Positions 24,900 through 41,339 of a stretch of 64,000 bases of DNA are shown one piece after another; the stretch's first letter is position 1; the number at the start of each line of letters is the position of its first letter. The stretch is from contig RDEW01000047.1 in NCBI GenBank assembly GCA_011109175.1, forward strand, positions 206,324-270,323. The letters are read 5' to 3'. Origin of the DNA: Dicyema japonicum. Lineage: Eukaryota; Animalia; Dicyemida. Made by a program: the position numbers and the translations under genes. The notes below the pieces were generated by a model. That model had not been told where the DNA came from and ran no database searches. It saw only the letters and a list, made by a program, of their open reading frames with translations.

Positions 24900-25570
24900 G
24901 GCCTTACTTCGACTCCTAGAGGTGACATCTGTATCTTAACACCTGGCACCTGCTGAGCTGAACAGATGGCCCTCTGAATGAACACCGCAAAACTGACATT
25001 GTGAAAATCAGGAGAATGGCAAGCAGATCAAGTGAAACATTGTTCAAAGCAAGCAAACTTTCCTCTTTACTTGGAGACAGCCAAGATGTTGTCAGAAGGA
25101 AGGCCTTCGCTTGGGTAGCAATGAACAAGTTGAAGAAAGAGTGGATTGGCAAACGGCGATCCTGCACATCACTTCGTTTGAGACTTTATGAAGCCTTTGT
25201 CAAGCCGATCCTAGTATACAGTTCATCGACCTGGGGGTGTCCAAAACCGAACAACTTATACTAGATTCTTTCCACCAAAGACAACTTTGATCTTTACTAG
25301 GACTGAATTGGCCAACAAGAATAAACAAGGACTCACTAGATAAGACATGTTGTACAGGTTTATTGAGTCTCGAAATTGTTGAGGCTATTTGGACATACCT
25401 TACGAATGGACTTGGGTGCTCCATCAAACATAGCAGTGTAAAATTACTTCATGAGACAGGGACTGTGTTTCCGTGGACGTCGACGTATTACACTTCCAGA
25501 AGCACTTGATGGAAATCTCTAGCTTGTAAACAAAAGTCTAAGAAGTGGAAACGATCTAGGCGAGTTGATG
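24900..25570 (+). mobile_element. RTE-like LINE 3' fragment
   Basis: LSSLLGDSQDVVRRKAFAWVAMNKL, LYEAFVKPILVY, FRGRRRITLP. Confidence 0.8.
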
Positions 25571-25664
25571 AATAACAAAATAAATGTCGTTAAATCGTTA
25601 TAGTTTATTTATATTTTAAAAAAATATGCCGATTATTATTTTATTTTATTTAAATCAAACCTTG

Positions 25665-26111
25665 ATGACGTTGATCCAATCGTTAGTCATTCCTGAAGAA
25701 TTTTCTTCATCCTTCCATGTAGACCGTCAGATCATATGTCCACATTTGATAAGAGTTTTCTGCAATATGGGAAGACATATTGAATTGAACTCTTTCCGGG
25801 ATGATCAAGTCCCAGGAGGTGAGTTCCAAATATACACGTGGATGGATGCCTCCTTAACGGAGCTTTGTTGTTTGATAAGGCAGGTGAAGCCAGAAATTCG
25901 TCGTAGAGGCACTGTTGTTAACTTTAGTGAGATTATGCCTGAACACCGAAGCAATAAGTTTACGAGGAGGGACATTGGGACTATCATTGTTGGGGAAAGG
26001 ACCGATGATGACGATTTGACACTACATTCCAGGAGGTTTACTATAGGGAATTACATATCTGTGTCCATAAGTCTTCCAAATATTCAGAAAAGGAGATTCA
26101 ATTATTACTGA
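25665..26111 (+). CDS. SAP18: Histone deacetylase complex subunit SAP18 (ASAP/PSAP component), intronless
   Basis: VDRQIICPHLIRVF, FQIYTWMDASLTELCCLIRQV, RFTIGNYISVSI match SAP18 motifs; likely ATG at 25665. Confidence 0.9.
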   Translation: MTLIQSLVIPEEFSSSFHVDRQIICPHLIRVFCNMGRHIELNSFRDDQVPGGEFQIYTWMDASLTELCCLIRQVKPEIRRRGTVVNFSEIMPEHRSNKFTRRDIGTIIVGERTDDDDLTLHSRRFTIGNYISVSISLPNIQKRRFNYY

Positions 26112-26189
26112 TGATTTTTTGTTACCATTGATTTGTGTTCATTATGTCAGGAGTCAAATTTTCAAGACTTGCTCTTTAGGTCAGGTTAT

Positions 26190-26830
26190 AAGCACCACGT
26201 GCTTATCCATTTAGTCTGGCGTTACGTGATTTACTGATTTTGCAAGTTTTGTTAACACTCGGAGGGCATCTAATGTTTCTCCTAAGAGGGTCGGTGACCA
26301 TTTACTTCTGAGGATATTCTTCTTGGCGACATGCACTTTCATCCTCAACTATCTGGAAAGAACCCTCAGTTCACCGAAGAGGAGGAATATGATATTAAGA
26401 AAATTTTTGGAACTATTTTCTTTTCTGATGGAGCTGAAGTTTGACATTGCATTGATTCAAAAAACGAAATACCTTTCAATCGGCCTATTCACTTGGAACA
26501 AATGGAAAATTACCATTTTGAACATTTACGTACCCCCTCCTTGTTTTTGTCTGAAACATTATACAATGCACGATTTATAAACTTTTTCTTTTTTGAGACT
26601 GTGATTATTGGTGGAGACATTGACGCTAAGTACCCCTATGGCTGGTTGGCAAACCATCCAATACAAGAGGTCTTTCACTCATCACGAATGATTCGTCAAA
26701 CCATACGAGAATCCCTTCAGGGGGACAAACCAAATAACTTATTCAATATTACGCTTTGTTCTATCGACTTTTTCAGTCACTTACAACTCATGAAGTGACC
26801 ACAACCTCATTAGAAAGAAATCTCGACTGG
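26190..26830 (+). mobile_element. Family-B LINE 5' end and APE remnant
   Basis: 5' segment aligns with 29900-29990 (AACACTCGGAGGGCATCTAAT vs AACGCCCAGAGGGCTTCTAAT); DIALIQKT, NIYVPP and IGGDIDAK remnants. Confidence 0.7.
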
Positions 26831-26974
26831 GAAAAAGTTTCCACACAACTTCTACAACATTACCGTGCATTTACTGACAGCATTTTGCAGAACCTTTACA
26901 TGTATGGTTGTACCTCCAGACAGAGCAGTAGCTTATGTACTGTCTTGGATGCAAGATCTGTATTTTAACATCAC

Positions 26975-27560
26975 TTTAACTACGTCATGTGGTTTGACAG
27001 GATGGACATAGCTAAAGAAAATCTCAAAAATTCTGATTGTTTAACTACGGAGGGTTTTGAACACTGAAATATAAACCAGGGAGCTCAAATCCCAGAAATC
27101 AATGGTTATATGTGATTTGAATCAATTAGATCCACCACAGAAGTTTGTAAGATCAATCTGATAAAATATTACGTAAAAATATCCCCAAGGACCATGAGAA
27201 ATTGGGCATACCCCTATTATCTCAAAAAAGGAAAACAACCTACTCAACTGGCTTGATGATCACGGAATTGTGACGTTGACGAGGAGATAAAATATTACGT
27301 AAAAATATCCCCAAGGACCATGAGAAATTGGGCATACCCCTATTATCTCAAAAAAGGAAAACAACCTACTCAACTGGCTTGATGATCACGGAATTGTGAC
27401 GTTGACGAGGATATACAACCACTCGACCAATAAAATTATTATCCCATTTGAAACCCAGAAAAACAAACAAGACCCGGCTTCACATATATGTATCGATAAT
27501 CTATTCGATGTCGAGACTGGTTCTCTAAAAAGACTTTTGTCCAGACATGAAATTTAAGCA
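26975..27560 (+). mobile_element. Family-B LINE remnant with 5' hallmark
   Basis: CGTCATGTGGT at 26983-26993, then CAAAAATTC and AACTACGGAGGG; later an RPIKLL-like remnant. Confidence 0.55.
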
Positions 27561-27714
27561 TGGATTCAGAGAGGTCTACTTTGAAGTTAAAACCAATAAA
27601 GCACAATTTCCTCAGAAAACAAAGTTCAGTTATTTTATATAATTAGATGGACACGTGGACACAAACATACAACAAAAATCAAGAGAAAACTCAATTTATT
27701 GGGAAAATGAACAA

Positions 27715-29596
<1,882 letters not shown>

Positions 29597-29894
29597 CAAA
29601 ATTAATTTGGCGGTCGATAATATAAAAATTGGTAAATAAATAATTAAATAATATATTATTAAAGTATTTATAAAATTACTTAGTTTAAATAGTCCAAGGT
29701 ACTCGAAAATTCTCCACACTCATCGAAATTAATTTGGCGGTCAATAATATAAAAATTTGTAAATAAATAATTAAATAATATATTATTAAAGTATTTATAA
29801 AATTACTTAGTTCAAATAGTCCACAAAATTAGAAAAAAAAAGTCCATCAAAATTATTTTAATGTTTAATTTTCCGAAGTCAATTATTACACTGG

Positions 29895-32800
29895 TTAAAA
29901 TGGTAGCGTGCCGTTATGTGGTCCACCAATTCAAAAAAATTCAAAAAGATTTGGCAACGCCCAGAGGGCTTCTAATACCCTCCCGAAGAGGACCATTAGA
30001 CCCCTTCCCCCGGGGTCATTATCGACCCCTGGCAATGTGTTTAAAGAAAGTCCAAACATTCCCGGCGAAAACCCTCAGCCCACTGTGGAGAAAAGAAATT
30101 TACTGCTCTCCAATTAAACATAAACGGAATTAAAGGAAAGGTCAGGGAACTCCGTTCAATCCTGGCAAATCAGAAGATCGACGTGGCCATGATGCATGAT
30201 TCCACTACTTCATTCCCCGGATACGAGGCAATCAGGGTGGACCGTAAAAAGAGAAGAGGGGGTGGACTACTTACTCTATTCAAAAAGAACCTGAAATGCA
30301 GAGAGATTACTTCGGAAGTGAGGAAACTTTGTTGGAAATGACGAGGTTACTGAGGCAATTGGAATCTCGCTTGGGACAACGAAAGGAAGTATGTGCCTCG
30401 TGAATATCTACTTGCCTTTTCCCGGCTCCTGCCCAAAGGACTATGTTATTCCAAACCTATCAAGATTGGCTATCTACGATGAGATCATCATATGTGGAGA
30501 TTTAAACGCAAAGCACCCATTATGGTTGTCAACCCAACAGGCCGACACGAGAGGGAAGCTATTGTTATTGAAATCGGACTCCCTAACGATACTGAACGAT
30601 CTAGCGAAAATTACAAGGACCCCACTCAGAGAGACAGATCAGCCTACCTCACCGGATGTAACACTCTGCTCATCGTCGCTTTCATCAAAAATTGATTGGT
30701 CAGTCCTCTACGAAACAAGAAGCGACCATAATCCAATTGTGATGAAGGTCATGAGAGAAGTCAGAGTGAGGAGAACACCTGCTAGTTATAACTATAAAGC
30801 TGCTAATTGGGAATTGTATCGCGCAATCTCTGATGATAGACTGAAGAATTGTTACTTGGTCAGCTTCAAATCGCTAGAAAAAGCGATCAAATACTTTACT
30901 TGCACAATCCTAGAAGCAAGATCATTGGCTATTCCCAAATATCGTCTAAACTCCTCTAATGGTCGAGGGAAGTCGGCATTGATCAAAGAAATAAATCACC
31001 TCAAAAAATTAATTGGATCACATTAAAAACGAAACTTCGGATCAGAGCTCTAAACAACGAAATAAAGGCCAGAGAGTTCAAGGCCCAGAAATTGAAGTGG
31101 AATCGGATTCTTACAAAGGTAAATCGCAATCGTAGTACCGGAGAAGTGTGGAAAGCCATCCGAAATGTTGCAAAGGGAGAAGAAACTTCCCCCGAAAATG
31201 ACTATACTCAACGAGACGTTAGCAATTTGATAAAATTCTACCCAAAAATTTTGTACAAGGAACAAGAAAGTCGGAAGTGCTTCTCTCTTCATGGAGAAAA
31301 TTGAAGAAGGATTCTAACCCAGTTTACTTCTCGGATGAAGATGTGAAGAATGCCCTGCATTTTACAAGAACAACGTACTCTGCCGGTTCCGACAACATTC
31401 CAGTAGTGTTATTGAAGAACCTTGGAGATATTGGAGTCGGTTTTCTAACGTCGGTGTATAACTATTCAATTAATTGTAATGTAATACCGTTGTTATGGAA
31501 GCAAGCCAACATCCGACCTATACTGAAACCTGGAAAACCTAAGGAAGATCTAGCATCATTTAGACCTGTGTCATTGTTATGTTCCATATCGAAAATCCTG
31601 GAAAGGCTTTTGCTTGGGAGAATCAAGGCTTTCTTACTAGAAAAGGATTTTCAACAAGGTTTCAAGAACGATTGTTCTACATCAACGTACCTACAGAAAT
31701 TAACCAACTTCATTAGAGATGGTTTTTCAAACAAACCAAGGCATTTGAAGACAGTCTTATGTTCCATTGATATTAACAAGGCTTTTGATTCTATTTCGAG
31801 AAAAATATTATCAAAGAAAATTTTTTCAGTCCGAGATCAACGTACCTACAGAAATTAACCAACTTCATTAGAGATGGTTTTTCAAACAAACCAAGGCATT
31901 TGAAGACAGTCTTATGTTCCATTGATATTAACAAGGCTTTTGATTCTATTTCGAGAAAAATATTATCAAAGAAAATTTTTTCAGTCCGAGATCCCGGGGA
32001 AGCTTAAACTTTGGATAACAAATTTCTTAAGTGGACGAAGGGGACGTGTATGCCTAGGAGGACTGAAATCAGTCTTACGTCTTCTCCCAAACGGTGTCCC
32101 CCAAGGATCTCCTTTATCCCCCGCCTTATTCAATTTATACCTGGCAGACCTCCCGACACCGGAATCCAATAACGATGTTCTACTCACATATGCGGACGAC
32201 ATTGTTTTGGCATCGCATGATAGGGATATCCAAAATGCTAAAGAAAGATTACAAATTAACCTGGACCGACTCAACGCCTGGGTAATAAAGAATCGACTCA
32301 CGGTAAATACCAGAAAGTCGGTCACGTCTATGTTTACTTCGGACAAAAAGTTGGGGAAGATGACTGTCAAGTTAAAATTGGACAACATTGAAATCCCCTT
32401 CACCAAATGTCAGAAGATCCTGGGCGTGACACTGGATACACACCTATATTTGTCACCATACGTGGCAAACATTGTTCTGAAGTGCGAGAAGAGGATCAAT
32501 GTATTAAATGTTTATCTGGAATATGGAAGACAGGTACCCACTCAGTCTTGATGAACATTTACCATCGAACCATGCTTCTCGTACGTGTGTGCTTCGTGGG
32601 GACCTTCATTATCATGGACGAACAATAAGAAAATTAAGGACGTTCAAAAGAAGGCTTTCAGAATGACGGAGCGGTGGTCTTGTGGGAGACACAGAACCGG
32701 ACCGACTACTCTGGAGGTCCTCATTAAACAAAACTCCGGCATGCGGGAAGATGGCCCTGCAAATACAGTCAGCCGCCTTGACGAGCTTGTGTGGGTACGA

Positions 32801-32910
32801 GGGAGGAGCACCGGGAAAGAATGAGGATTTTGGTGGAACGCATCGGGATCACGTGATAGTTAGTTTTGGTTTTACCGTGGTCTTGGGTGTTAAATAAATT
32901 AAATAAATAA
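29895..32910 (+). mobile_element. Near-full-length family-B LINE (~3 kb, single APE-RT frame, no ORF1 evident), frameshifted
   Basis: 5' hallmark at 29912-29922; LQLNINGIKGK, ICGDLNAKH, SDHNPI, SFRPVSLL, DINKAFD, GVPQGSPLSP, YADD; GIT* terminus and A-rich tail. Confidence 0.9.
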
Positions 32911-32999
32911 AATTTAGCACACGTGATAAAATCATATTTTTCACCCCTTGAAAATTTGTCTTACGCTTTCCTCAAACTAGGACTTACCAATCGTAACCA

Positions 33000-34070
33000 A
33001 AACTATTGAAGCTAGTATCCAGATAAAAAATAACGAAATTTTTGGTTTGTCTGGAAAATCAGTATTTAGCGTGTCCCCTGTAGTGAATTATCAAGAACGG
33101 AAGGAAAGGGCTACCATGATATAGAAATCGCTTCTAAGATTTTACTTGAGTTTTTGATTTATGGCTTTCATGGATGGTTTGAAAGTGATGAGGTAAGTTC
33201 GAGGATGCATGCTATTAAATTGGCTTATGGACTTGATTTAAAATCAAAATTACCATTGAAAAATTATTGAAAGACTTGTAGAGATAAACCTTGTTTGGAG
33301 CAAGGGGTTGTAAAAGAGACATATGGTTTCTCGTTATAGAAGACCCCATCAACTAATACAAACTCGTTGGTTCTCCTAGACCTCATCAACCTCTCTAGTT
33401 AATAACAAGTTTGTTTTGACAATATAATGATGACTCGTAATATAAACTGTGCAAAATATGCGATATACATACGAATGCTAAAGCTGTGAATGTTGAGAAT
33501 GCTAAATAACTGAAAACAAAAATTCTGATGCAAAGAACTCTAATGCTACACCAGTACCCCCCTTGAGCGACTATAAGAGAAATTTCGAAGAGGACAAGGT
33601 AATAATGATTCCAGTACGGTTTCCGACAATACTGAGATTCCAAGAATTTGTGTTTTTTGAAATTATTCAAAGTCACTTTGATTTGGGTTTAACAGATAAT
33701 AATTTATTTACTTTGTCTGAAGAAGGATCAGCTATTTTCTAATCGCGGCACATTTGAACGTAGTGGATTCCCTTGTTCCTGGTAGAACTGAAGGAATCGA
33801 AGGGCATTCCTTCATATTGACGATTCCGACAGTGGAGTGATGAGGGTAGGATCCGTTAGACTCGGGAATAGGCGTAAAGTCTTCTCGAGTAAGAAGCTGA
33901 TTTCGTCCAACGACGACCCAGAAAGTACATACCTCCATGTATCACAGCAGGAACGATGGTTTTTCTGTATAATTTAGATGCGAGGATAATTTGCCCTTTG
34001 TTGTCTGAATGTTGTGTGCTGAGCCATAGTGGATAGTTCCCGTTCAGATCACATAAAACATGCATTGATT
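33000..34070 (-). mobile_element. Highly decayed family-B LINE
   Basis: CDLNGNYPLWLSTQHSDNKG (APE) and downstream RT-like remnants. Confidence 0.55.
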
Positions 34071-34564
34071 AATAAGCCTCTAAGAAGAAACTACCAAATG
34101 ATGATAAAATTAACAGATTCTCAATATTTTATTCCACATAAGCTTTAAGCATTTTTGGTTAATTTTAAGTAGCTTACTGGTCAAAGATTCTTTGGAAAGC
34201 CTATTTTTTGTTTAGTTCGCAGTCTTAATCATATGAGAATATTAGAGAATTTTACAGTGCTATCGTTCAACGCCAGGAGCTTTAACGATATTTCCAACCG
34301 AGGAGTCTTATGGATTATTTACAGTGTTGTATGCTTTGAAGAGACATGGGTCAAGAGCTGACTTGAGATGGATATGATTACCAGATCATCTTTCTATTAT
34401 AGTATTAACTGGTCCTATGACAAACTTTGTTACAAAATCTAAGAGGTTTTGGTGACGGAAAGAGCAGGACACTAGAACATGTAAGATTCTACAACTCAAA
34501 ACAGATTATACACGAAATATAATTTTAGAACAAATTTCAGTAAAAAATTCAAAGATTAAGAGGA

Positions 34565-35818
34565 TCAGTTAGAAGGGGCAACACAATCTAAACATCTTTC
34601 CATTTTTTGATGATATTCCTCAACTTGAAGATACATTTCGGAAAAGTTAAACTCACATCTGAGCTTTTCGCAGCATTCATTCAATATTTTGGAATAATCG
34701 CTGTTACTTTCTACAGTGAGATTATTAATACAACCAGTTGCCACGTGGGCCGCAATAACAAGCTTAGAGTGGGTTAGAGACCATGCTCTGACGTTGTGAA
34801 CAGCCATAACTCCTGGAATATTGGCCAAGCAGTTCCACAATCTGTTGAAATCTACTCCGACAGGAACAGCTACCACGAATTAATAATCAAGCCTCACCTT
34901 CCATTAAAACGTAGAATATATCCTTCATTACCTTATACATGCTAATAATGACGAGAACAGAAAATATAAAAGTACAAATTGGGTCCACGATAATCAAATT
35001 TGGCTAAATCTCACATAAATAAGCTCCACCTTGAAATAAATTATCAGAGCTGCTGTGAAGACTCCAACGCTTTGAATCAAATCTCCTATCACGTGGATGA
35101 AAGCAGCTGATAGACCCATACTTTTATGTTCATGTCTAGGCTCTGGGATATGGTTATTCCACTAAAACCATCACCGATGATGAGTTCTTGGTCGTCGTCG
35201 TGATGATGACTATGATTATGTCCCTGGTGGAGAATAAATACAAGTCTAAAAGTCATCATAGGAGCCAACAGAACATTGAAGACCACACCACAGCCGGAGA
35301 CAATCAACATTATCTTGGCATCAATCTTATAGTCCCTTCTGATAACTCTATGGACTGCTGCATAGTCCAGAATGACAGTCAGAATGATCAGAAGCATCAT
35401 AGAAAAAAGGGAAGCCAGGACCTCTTTGGTTTTTGAGTAAGTAAACCTATTCTGTGCCAACCAAAACTGAATTTTTTGGTGGAAGGTTTTGAAAGGAAAA
35501 CGAGTGATAGGTAGCTGACAAAGATGCTGATTACGTCTACCAGCATGTGGGCAGAGTCTGTCATCACTGAGATGCTGTTGGACATGAAGCCACCTAAGTC
35601 ATAATAGGAACTACCAATGAATTCTAGAAGAGTGAAGATCCCCGAAATTATAAAGGCAATGAGCAGTTTTTTCTTTGCCTTCTTTGTTGTGTGGTCATTT
35701 GAATTCTGTGAATGACAGTGACAGTTATTGAACGACTCATCATCTAAAAGTCAGAGACAATGGAAAGTCTGACGTAAAACAAGTAAAATTAATGCAAATA
35801 ACCGTTGACTTGACTCAT
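34565..35818 (-). CDS. Zinc transporter, SLC30/ZnT family (ZnT2/3/4/8-like)
   Basis: TDSAHMLVD and AAFIHVIGD (HD-HD site), FSFGWHR, His-rich loop HQGHNHSHHH, VHNVRAWSLT, C-terminal CLDC; introns mostly 21-26 nt. Confidence 0.92.
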
Positions 35819-36269
35819 TGAATTAATTATTAATTTAAAATTATATATATTAGATTTGGTACGCATATGCGACCTACTTTCAATGATTACATAATTAGGA
35901 CTGAACCCCACAGATTAGTCATATCACAGGTAACTTGACTCATTGAATTAATTATTAATTTAAAATTATATATATTAGATTTGGTACGCATATGCGACCT
36001 ACTTTCAATGATTACATAATTAGGACTGAACCCCACAGATTAGTCATATCACAGGTAAACCATATTAACTAAATCTCCCGTTTTGGATTTTGTGGATATT
36101 GAATTATTCAGAAATCGAATAATTATGTCATATGCGTTATAGGGCTGACAATTTCATTGTCACATTAAATTCTAATATCAAGTCGATTTTAAGGAAATTC
36201 ATGCAGGACACACTTGGAAGGTTTACATTGAATTATTCTCCTCTTAAAAAATTTTTATTAAAATAAAGA

Positions 36270-36420
36270 AACGATCAACCGAGGGTCATGCAGTAGCTGC
36301 CCTGATTGCGTGTCTATTCCTTTTCCGGATGGGGAGGGAGATTTGCTCAAATAGCCATCAACCCTGACAGAGATCTCCAATGGGTGTAGAAATCCGAATC
36401 CCTAGACTGAATAGTGGCCA
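36270..36420 (-). mobile_element. CRE-like 3' stub
   Basis: RLGIRI...WLFEQISL, homologous to 20620-20800. Confidence 0.6.
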
Positions 36421-37085
36421 ATATTACTAAACCACATATAATATGCCAACTGAAGAACTCATCACAATGCTATCACTCATAAACATCTGTGCTATATAAT
36501 TCTTTATAGAGATGCACTAAGGGGAGATTCGATAATTAATAATCCCATTATTCCTTCAAGACGGATATCTTTGACCAAAGCTTTGTTATAATCCAGGCTG
36601 GATTCCGACTCAACAGTTTTTTAAATGCAAAAAGTTTTTTAGTTCATTTTTAATCCATATATGCTACAGATGGTCCCATTATTCCTTCAAGACGGATATC
36701 TTTGACCAAAGCTTTGTTATAATCCAGGCTGGATTCCGACTCAACAGTTTTTTAAATGCAAAAAGTTTTTTAGTTCATTTTTAATCCATATATGCTACAG
36801 ATGGAGGGATTAAGACATCACAGTATCATCGATCAACCACAGCCAAGTTAATCGATAATTTGAAAATTTAGTATTCTCGGTTGTTTGTATGAAGCCGTAC
36901 TATTAACATAGGCACATATCTCACCGATTACCATTTTCCCGTCATTTTTGGCTCATATATTCTAATACTCACATGCAGTTCAAACTATTTTATATTATTA
37001 CAGTCTTTGTTCTGCCTCCAAGTTCTTTGTCTCCAAGAAATTACAGTCTGTCTCCAAGAAATATTTTTTTTAATCTATAAGGCTG

Positions 37086-37263
37086 CTCACTGCGGAACTG
37101 AATTGTCTAGAAAGGACACTCACACAAGAAAAAGAAAAAAAAGTGAAGATCATTCCTTGGTTCTACGATTAGTTAAAAATAACTGTTCTTTACTAAATAA
37201 AGTGTGTGTCCTGCCTATGCGGAGCTATAAATACTATGGCTCTCGTAAAAAGGCTTTAAAAAA
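37086..37263 (+). mobile_element. 5'-truncated copy of the tRNA-SINE at 8847-9166
   Basis: Near-identical to 8982-9155; flanked by AAGGCTG at 37079-37085 and 37264-37270 (7-bp TSD). Confidence 0.85.
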
Positions 37264-38239
37264 AAGGCTGTTTAACTTATTACACTGTCACTATCCCAGA
37301 TAAGAATATTTGTCTCTCAGAGCTTCCTTTAAACGACAGTGGGCCTGTCGTGTCTAATGTCTCACTAAATTGGCATCGATGTTTTAAAAAAACGTTGAGA
37401 TTGTTGCAAGTCTATTCCGTTTCATAAATAAACCAATTTTATGATAACAGAAATCAAAAGTTCATTGAAGTACTCGATCGGGTCTACAATTAACTAATAA
37501 TGAAGCTGACATCTACTTAAGTAAGAATAGATGACAATTACTTTTAACTTATTTGGTCATAGACAAGGAATTAAGATGACCTATCAAGAATTCATATCTT
37601 TTTATAACGAACTTGCAGTTATTGTGAACATCCCACTAGATGCTGAAAGAACAAGTCTCTAGTGTTGGACGCTCCCACAAGTCCCTTAGAGTCATTGATG
37701 GTCCTGGATCCGATTTGATTGATAATACCACTAAGCTAGTCTTGTGAAGAAACCAAAACTTAGATCCATCCCAAAGTAGAAATGTCCCGATAGGATATGG
37801 GATAGGGTTTTTCTGGAATCACTATCAAGGGTTCTCTCCAAATCGTCTATTGACTGGGAAGGGCCTTCCAGCAGCAAGTAAAAACGAGAACTAGAAAACT
37901 ATGTGATCCCGACACGCTTCAGAATAAGTCCATTCCTTATCTCATTAAGCCCCCGATGGACTGATGCTGTTAGACGTGATCTTCCAAGGATTATCCTTGA
38001 AATTGAAACAAATTATAATGAAATAAACTTTCATGATTAACCATAATAAATAAAATATAAATATTTTAATATAATTTTAACATGGTTAACCTAAATTTAA
38101 AATAATCAAATAACATGATGATTATTAATTCATGCTATTGTTGACCACTGTCCTTGTTCTATTATTCTGTTATAATATTTGTAGATCTTAAGGAATAAAT
38201 TAACAAAACAGAATTATATGAACATTAAGCATTTTGAGA

Positions 38240-39496
38240 ATGTCTATTAATATAAAAAGCACAGATGATGATTTTTTTCGTTACAAAATGCCACAGATTG
38301 TGATCAAGATCGAAGGGCGAGGTAATGGAATCAAAACAGTGATGTCTAACATTGGAGAAGTCGCCAAGGCCCTGGGCCATCCACCAATCTGTATAAGTTC
38401 TCGCAAATTGTAGACCCCACCAAGTTTATGGCCTACGAACTCGGAGCCTCAACTGTATACGACGACAAGAACGACCGCTATATTATCCGAGGGGCCCATA
38501 CTGCGGAGAAACTGCAGAGTCTCTTGAAAATCTTTATCTCCAAGTTCGTACTGTGCGACCAATGTGAGAACCCTGAGACCTCATTGGTTGTCGATCTCTT
38601 TAATTCCAGCAAACTTTGGGAACCAAAAAGAACCTGGTTTTGACCAAGAGCTGCAAGGCTTGTGGTTTTAGTGGGAAAATCGAATCGGCTAATCGCCTAA
38701 TGGCATTTGTGCTCAAGAACCATTCCCAATATGTCCGTTTCTCTGTTATTCTTAGTCTACTGGACCAGTTCCCTCCGTTGAGTCGCAGAAACCGGAGCAA
38801 GTGGAGGATGCGACAGTGGTAGATAAGGAGCCCAAGGAGAACACAAAAACGCGGATAAACTCGTTTTTCAAGTTCTTAAAGGTATTTGGTGGAGTTAATT
38901 GTAGAAAATGATAGATTCGGGAGTTGATGTTACTCAGAATGATGTGGTTATTCTGAGGGAGGCAGAATCACTGGAGGTTAGAAAGGAAGCCCCATACGTT
39001 CTGGTGGAGTTGTTGTTTGGGGATAACATCCTTGATGAAATTTCGAAGTACAGGAACGTGCTTCTGAGGGTGTCTGATGTTTTTACTGGAGATTTGCTAT
39101 GAGACGAAAGCTGCTCAAAAGTCGTTGATTTCTGCGTTGGTTCAGTTTATATTGGATCGGGGGATTGTGAGGAAGGGTGCTCATGTAATGAAGAAGATGT
39201 ATGATGAAGACATTTTGGAAGAGGAAGTGCTTATGGAATGGTTTGATAAGGTCGGTTTTTTGGTTACCTTAGAATACTAAAAAGGGGAAATGGCCCGAGT
39301 TGATGAGCGTGGTGAAGCCCTTTATTGAGTGGTTAAATGATGCTGAAGAAGAAACTGATGATGAAGATGATGGGGTTTGCTGTAGGAGGTATGCTAGGTT
39401 GTCATTTCTGCCACTGGGGTTGCTGGGATTCAAGTTGTGCCTGAGGTTAAGGATGATTCTGAGAGTGATGGTGACATTAATATCGACGATATCTAG
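38240..39496 (+). CDS. EIF5: Translation initiation factor eIF5
   Basis: [26 protein letters not shown] zinc ribbon, W2 domain acidic-aromatic boxes, C-terminal DINIDDI*; seven introns of 22-23 nt, all restoring the frame. Confidence 0.95.
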
Positions 39497-40019
39497 TCAT
39501 AGTTAACATTCTCCATTTATTTGTTCGTTAATATATGAGATTGGGTTTATTGCTTTCGTTTTGCTGTCAGTGGGCCTTGCCATCGAGATGTTTCTGTTGT
39601 TTAGGATTATGACAAGTGTTTTTAGATTATTAAGTTGTATTAACAGTGAAATTAATCATTAATATATCAATTTAGTGGTAGGATATTGATTACTATAATT
39701 TGCATTCTTTCTCAAGAATGTGACACGTTTCTCATGAAAAGATTAATAAAGTTATAATGGTAATTCTCAATCTGTCTCCAAGTTAAGAATTATATTGACG
39801 TATTTGTTGAATTATCTATAAGACTCGATTATTTTTAATTTTCTGATGATTAACAAAGATTAAATTTTTTATTCAAATTATTAAGAAAAAAAGTGGGCAA
39901 ATGGTCATTTAGCGACCGTCCCCTGACTGCTTGATTGTTTCCTCTCATATTGATTGACTAAGTAAAACGAGTAAATTATCTAATTAAGTGGATTTTAATC
40001 TAGATTGCTGGTAATCCCT

Positions 40020-40960
40020 CTCATTCTCTTAGAAGAAGAGTGTGCCATCAACTCCCTATTATTCCCCATCTCCACATATGTCTGTTAGAGTCCAGTAAGA
40101 TATCTTAAAGGCATACCAGTTCCACAAGTTGAGAGGTAGCAGAGGGGTACTCTTCATTAAAAATTTTTATCCCGTGTTTGTGCTCAATTAGAGAGTCCTT
40201 TTCAACACAACTGACTCGATGTAAGTTCTCATATTTTTGTTAAATTAGCACGCTTTCGAGAGTCCTTTTCAACACAACTGACTGGATTTAAGTTCTCGTT
40301 GTTCCTTAACAGATAGCTTATCCATATAATTTTGTAAGAATTTAGAGACAACTCCATCCCAAATCACCAGTGAGATAATCTTTATTTGACAATCGTAGAG
40401 AGGCGAAAGCCCACTTAGGAAGAAGTCGTACTTGTGATATTTTTCTACTTCCACCTGTTTTAGGCGATCCTGATTATTTTTAATATATAAGTCTTATCAT
40501 ATATCAGTATTTTTTTGGACGAAAAGTTAAAGTGTGCTTAATCCCATCATGGGAAACTTGGATACACCAATGTTCTGACTTGGAATCCAATTACAGTCCG
40601 ACCTCGATTTTAAACATCAAGCGTTCCAAAAAAACGAGGTTTTGACTTAAAAGTTATAAATTGTGGTAACAAAATAATGTTATCTATGATTAGACTGAAA
40701 TAAAATATCCTTCTTTTACGAGGATCTTCACCAGCCATCCACATGACTTCCACTTCCTCCTCGGAATGTGGGTCCGCCGCTTCGTCAATGTAATTAGTCG
40801 CCCGCTCTTACAGTCTCCTCGACGCGTAAAATATTTCTTCAATTGGTGTCTTGACTCCATGTTTGTGTTCGACAATAATACTTTCTAATGTTTTCTATAA
40901 CACCACCGATTAAATATAAACTCTTATTGACACATATATCGACAGAGCTTTCGAATGATT
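40020..40960 (-). mobile_element. Two RLE-type (R4/NeSL-like) 3' remnants
   Basis: EVEKYHKYD...KIISLVIWDGVVSK and LESIIVEHKHG peptides; 3' sequence GGCACACTCTTCTTCTAAGAGAA shared with 42270-42290. Confidence 0.75.
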
Positions 40961-41339
40961 TCTATAGCACGTGTAGATAATTCCATCCCATATCGAAACC
41001 ACTAACTTAATGAAATAATAATCTATAAAAAAAAAAACTTAAATTATATTGTGGTTTACTGGCAAAAAAATGTTCAATTTTACTAAATTCATATTTATTT
41101 TCAAAGTTTAGCTGTTGATTTTTCATAAACGAATAAAACTCAGGGAATCCGGAGCGATATCTAAATGGATTCTTTGATCATTAATTTGTCTGGTTCCTTG
41201 TTTCGTTTTCTCTTCATTCACCATAATATTTCATATATTTCTTGCTCGTGCATTCCTCTATAACTTCTCATACATTGAGGTTGTTTCTTTGTAAATATTT
41301 TGCCTCAGATATTAAAATCAGTGTCATAAATTAATGGTC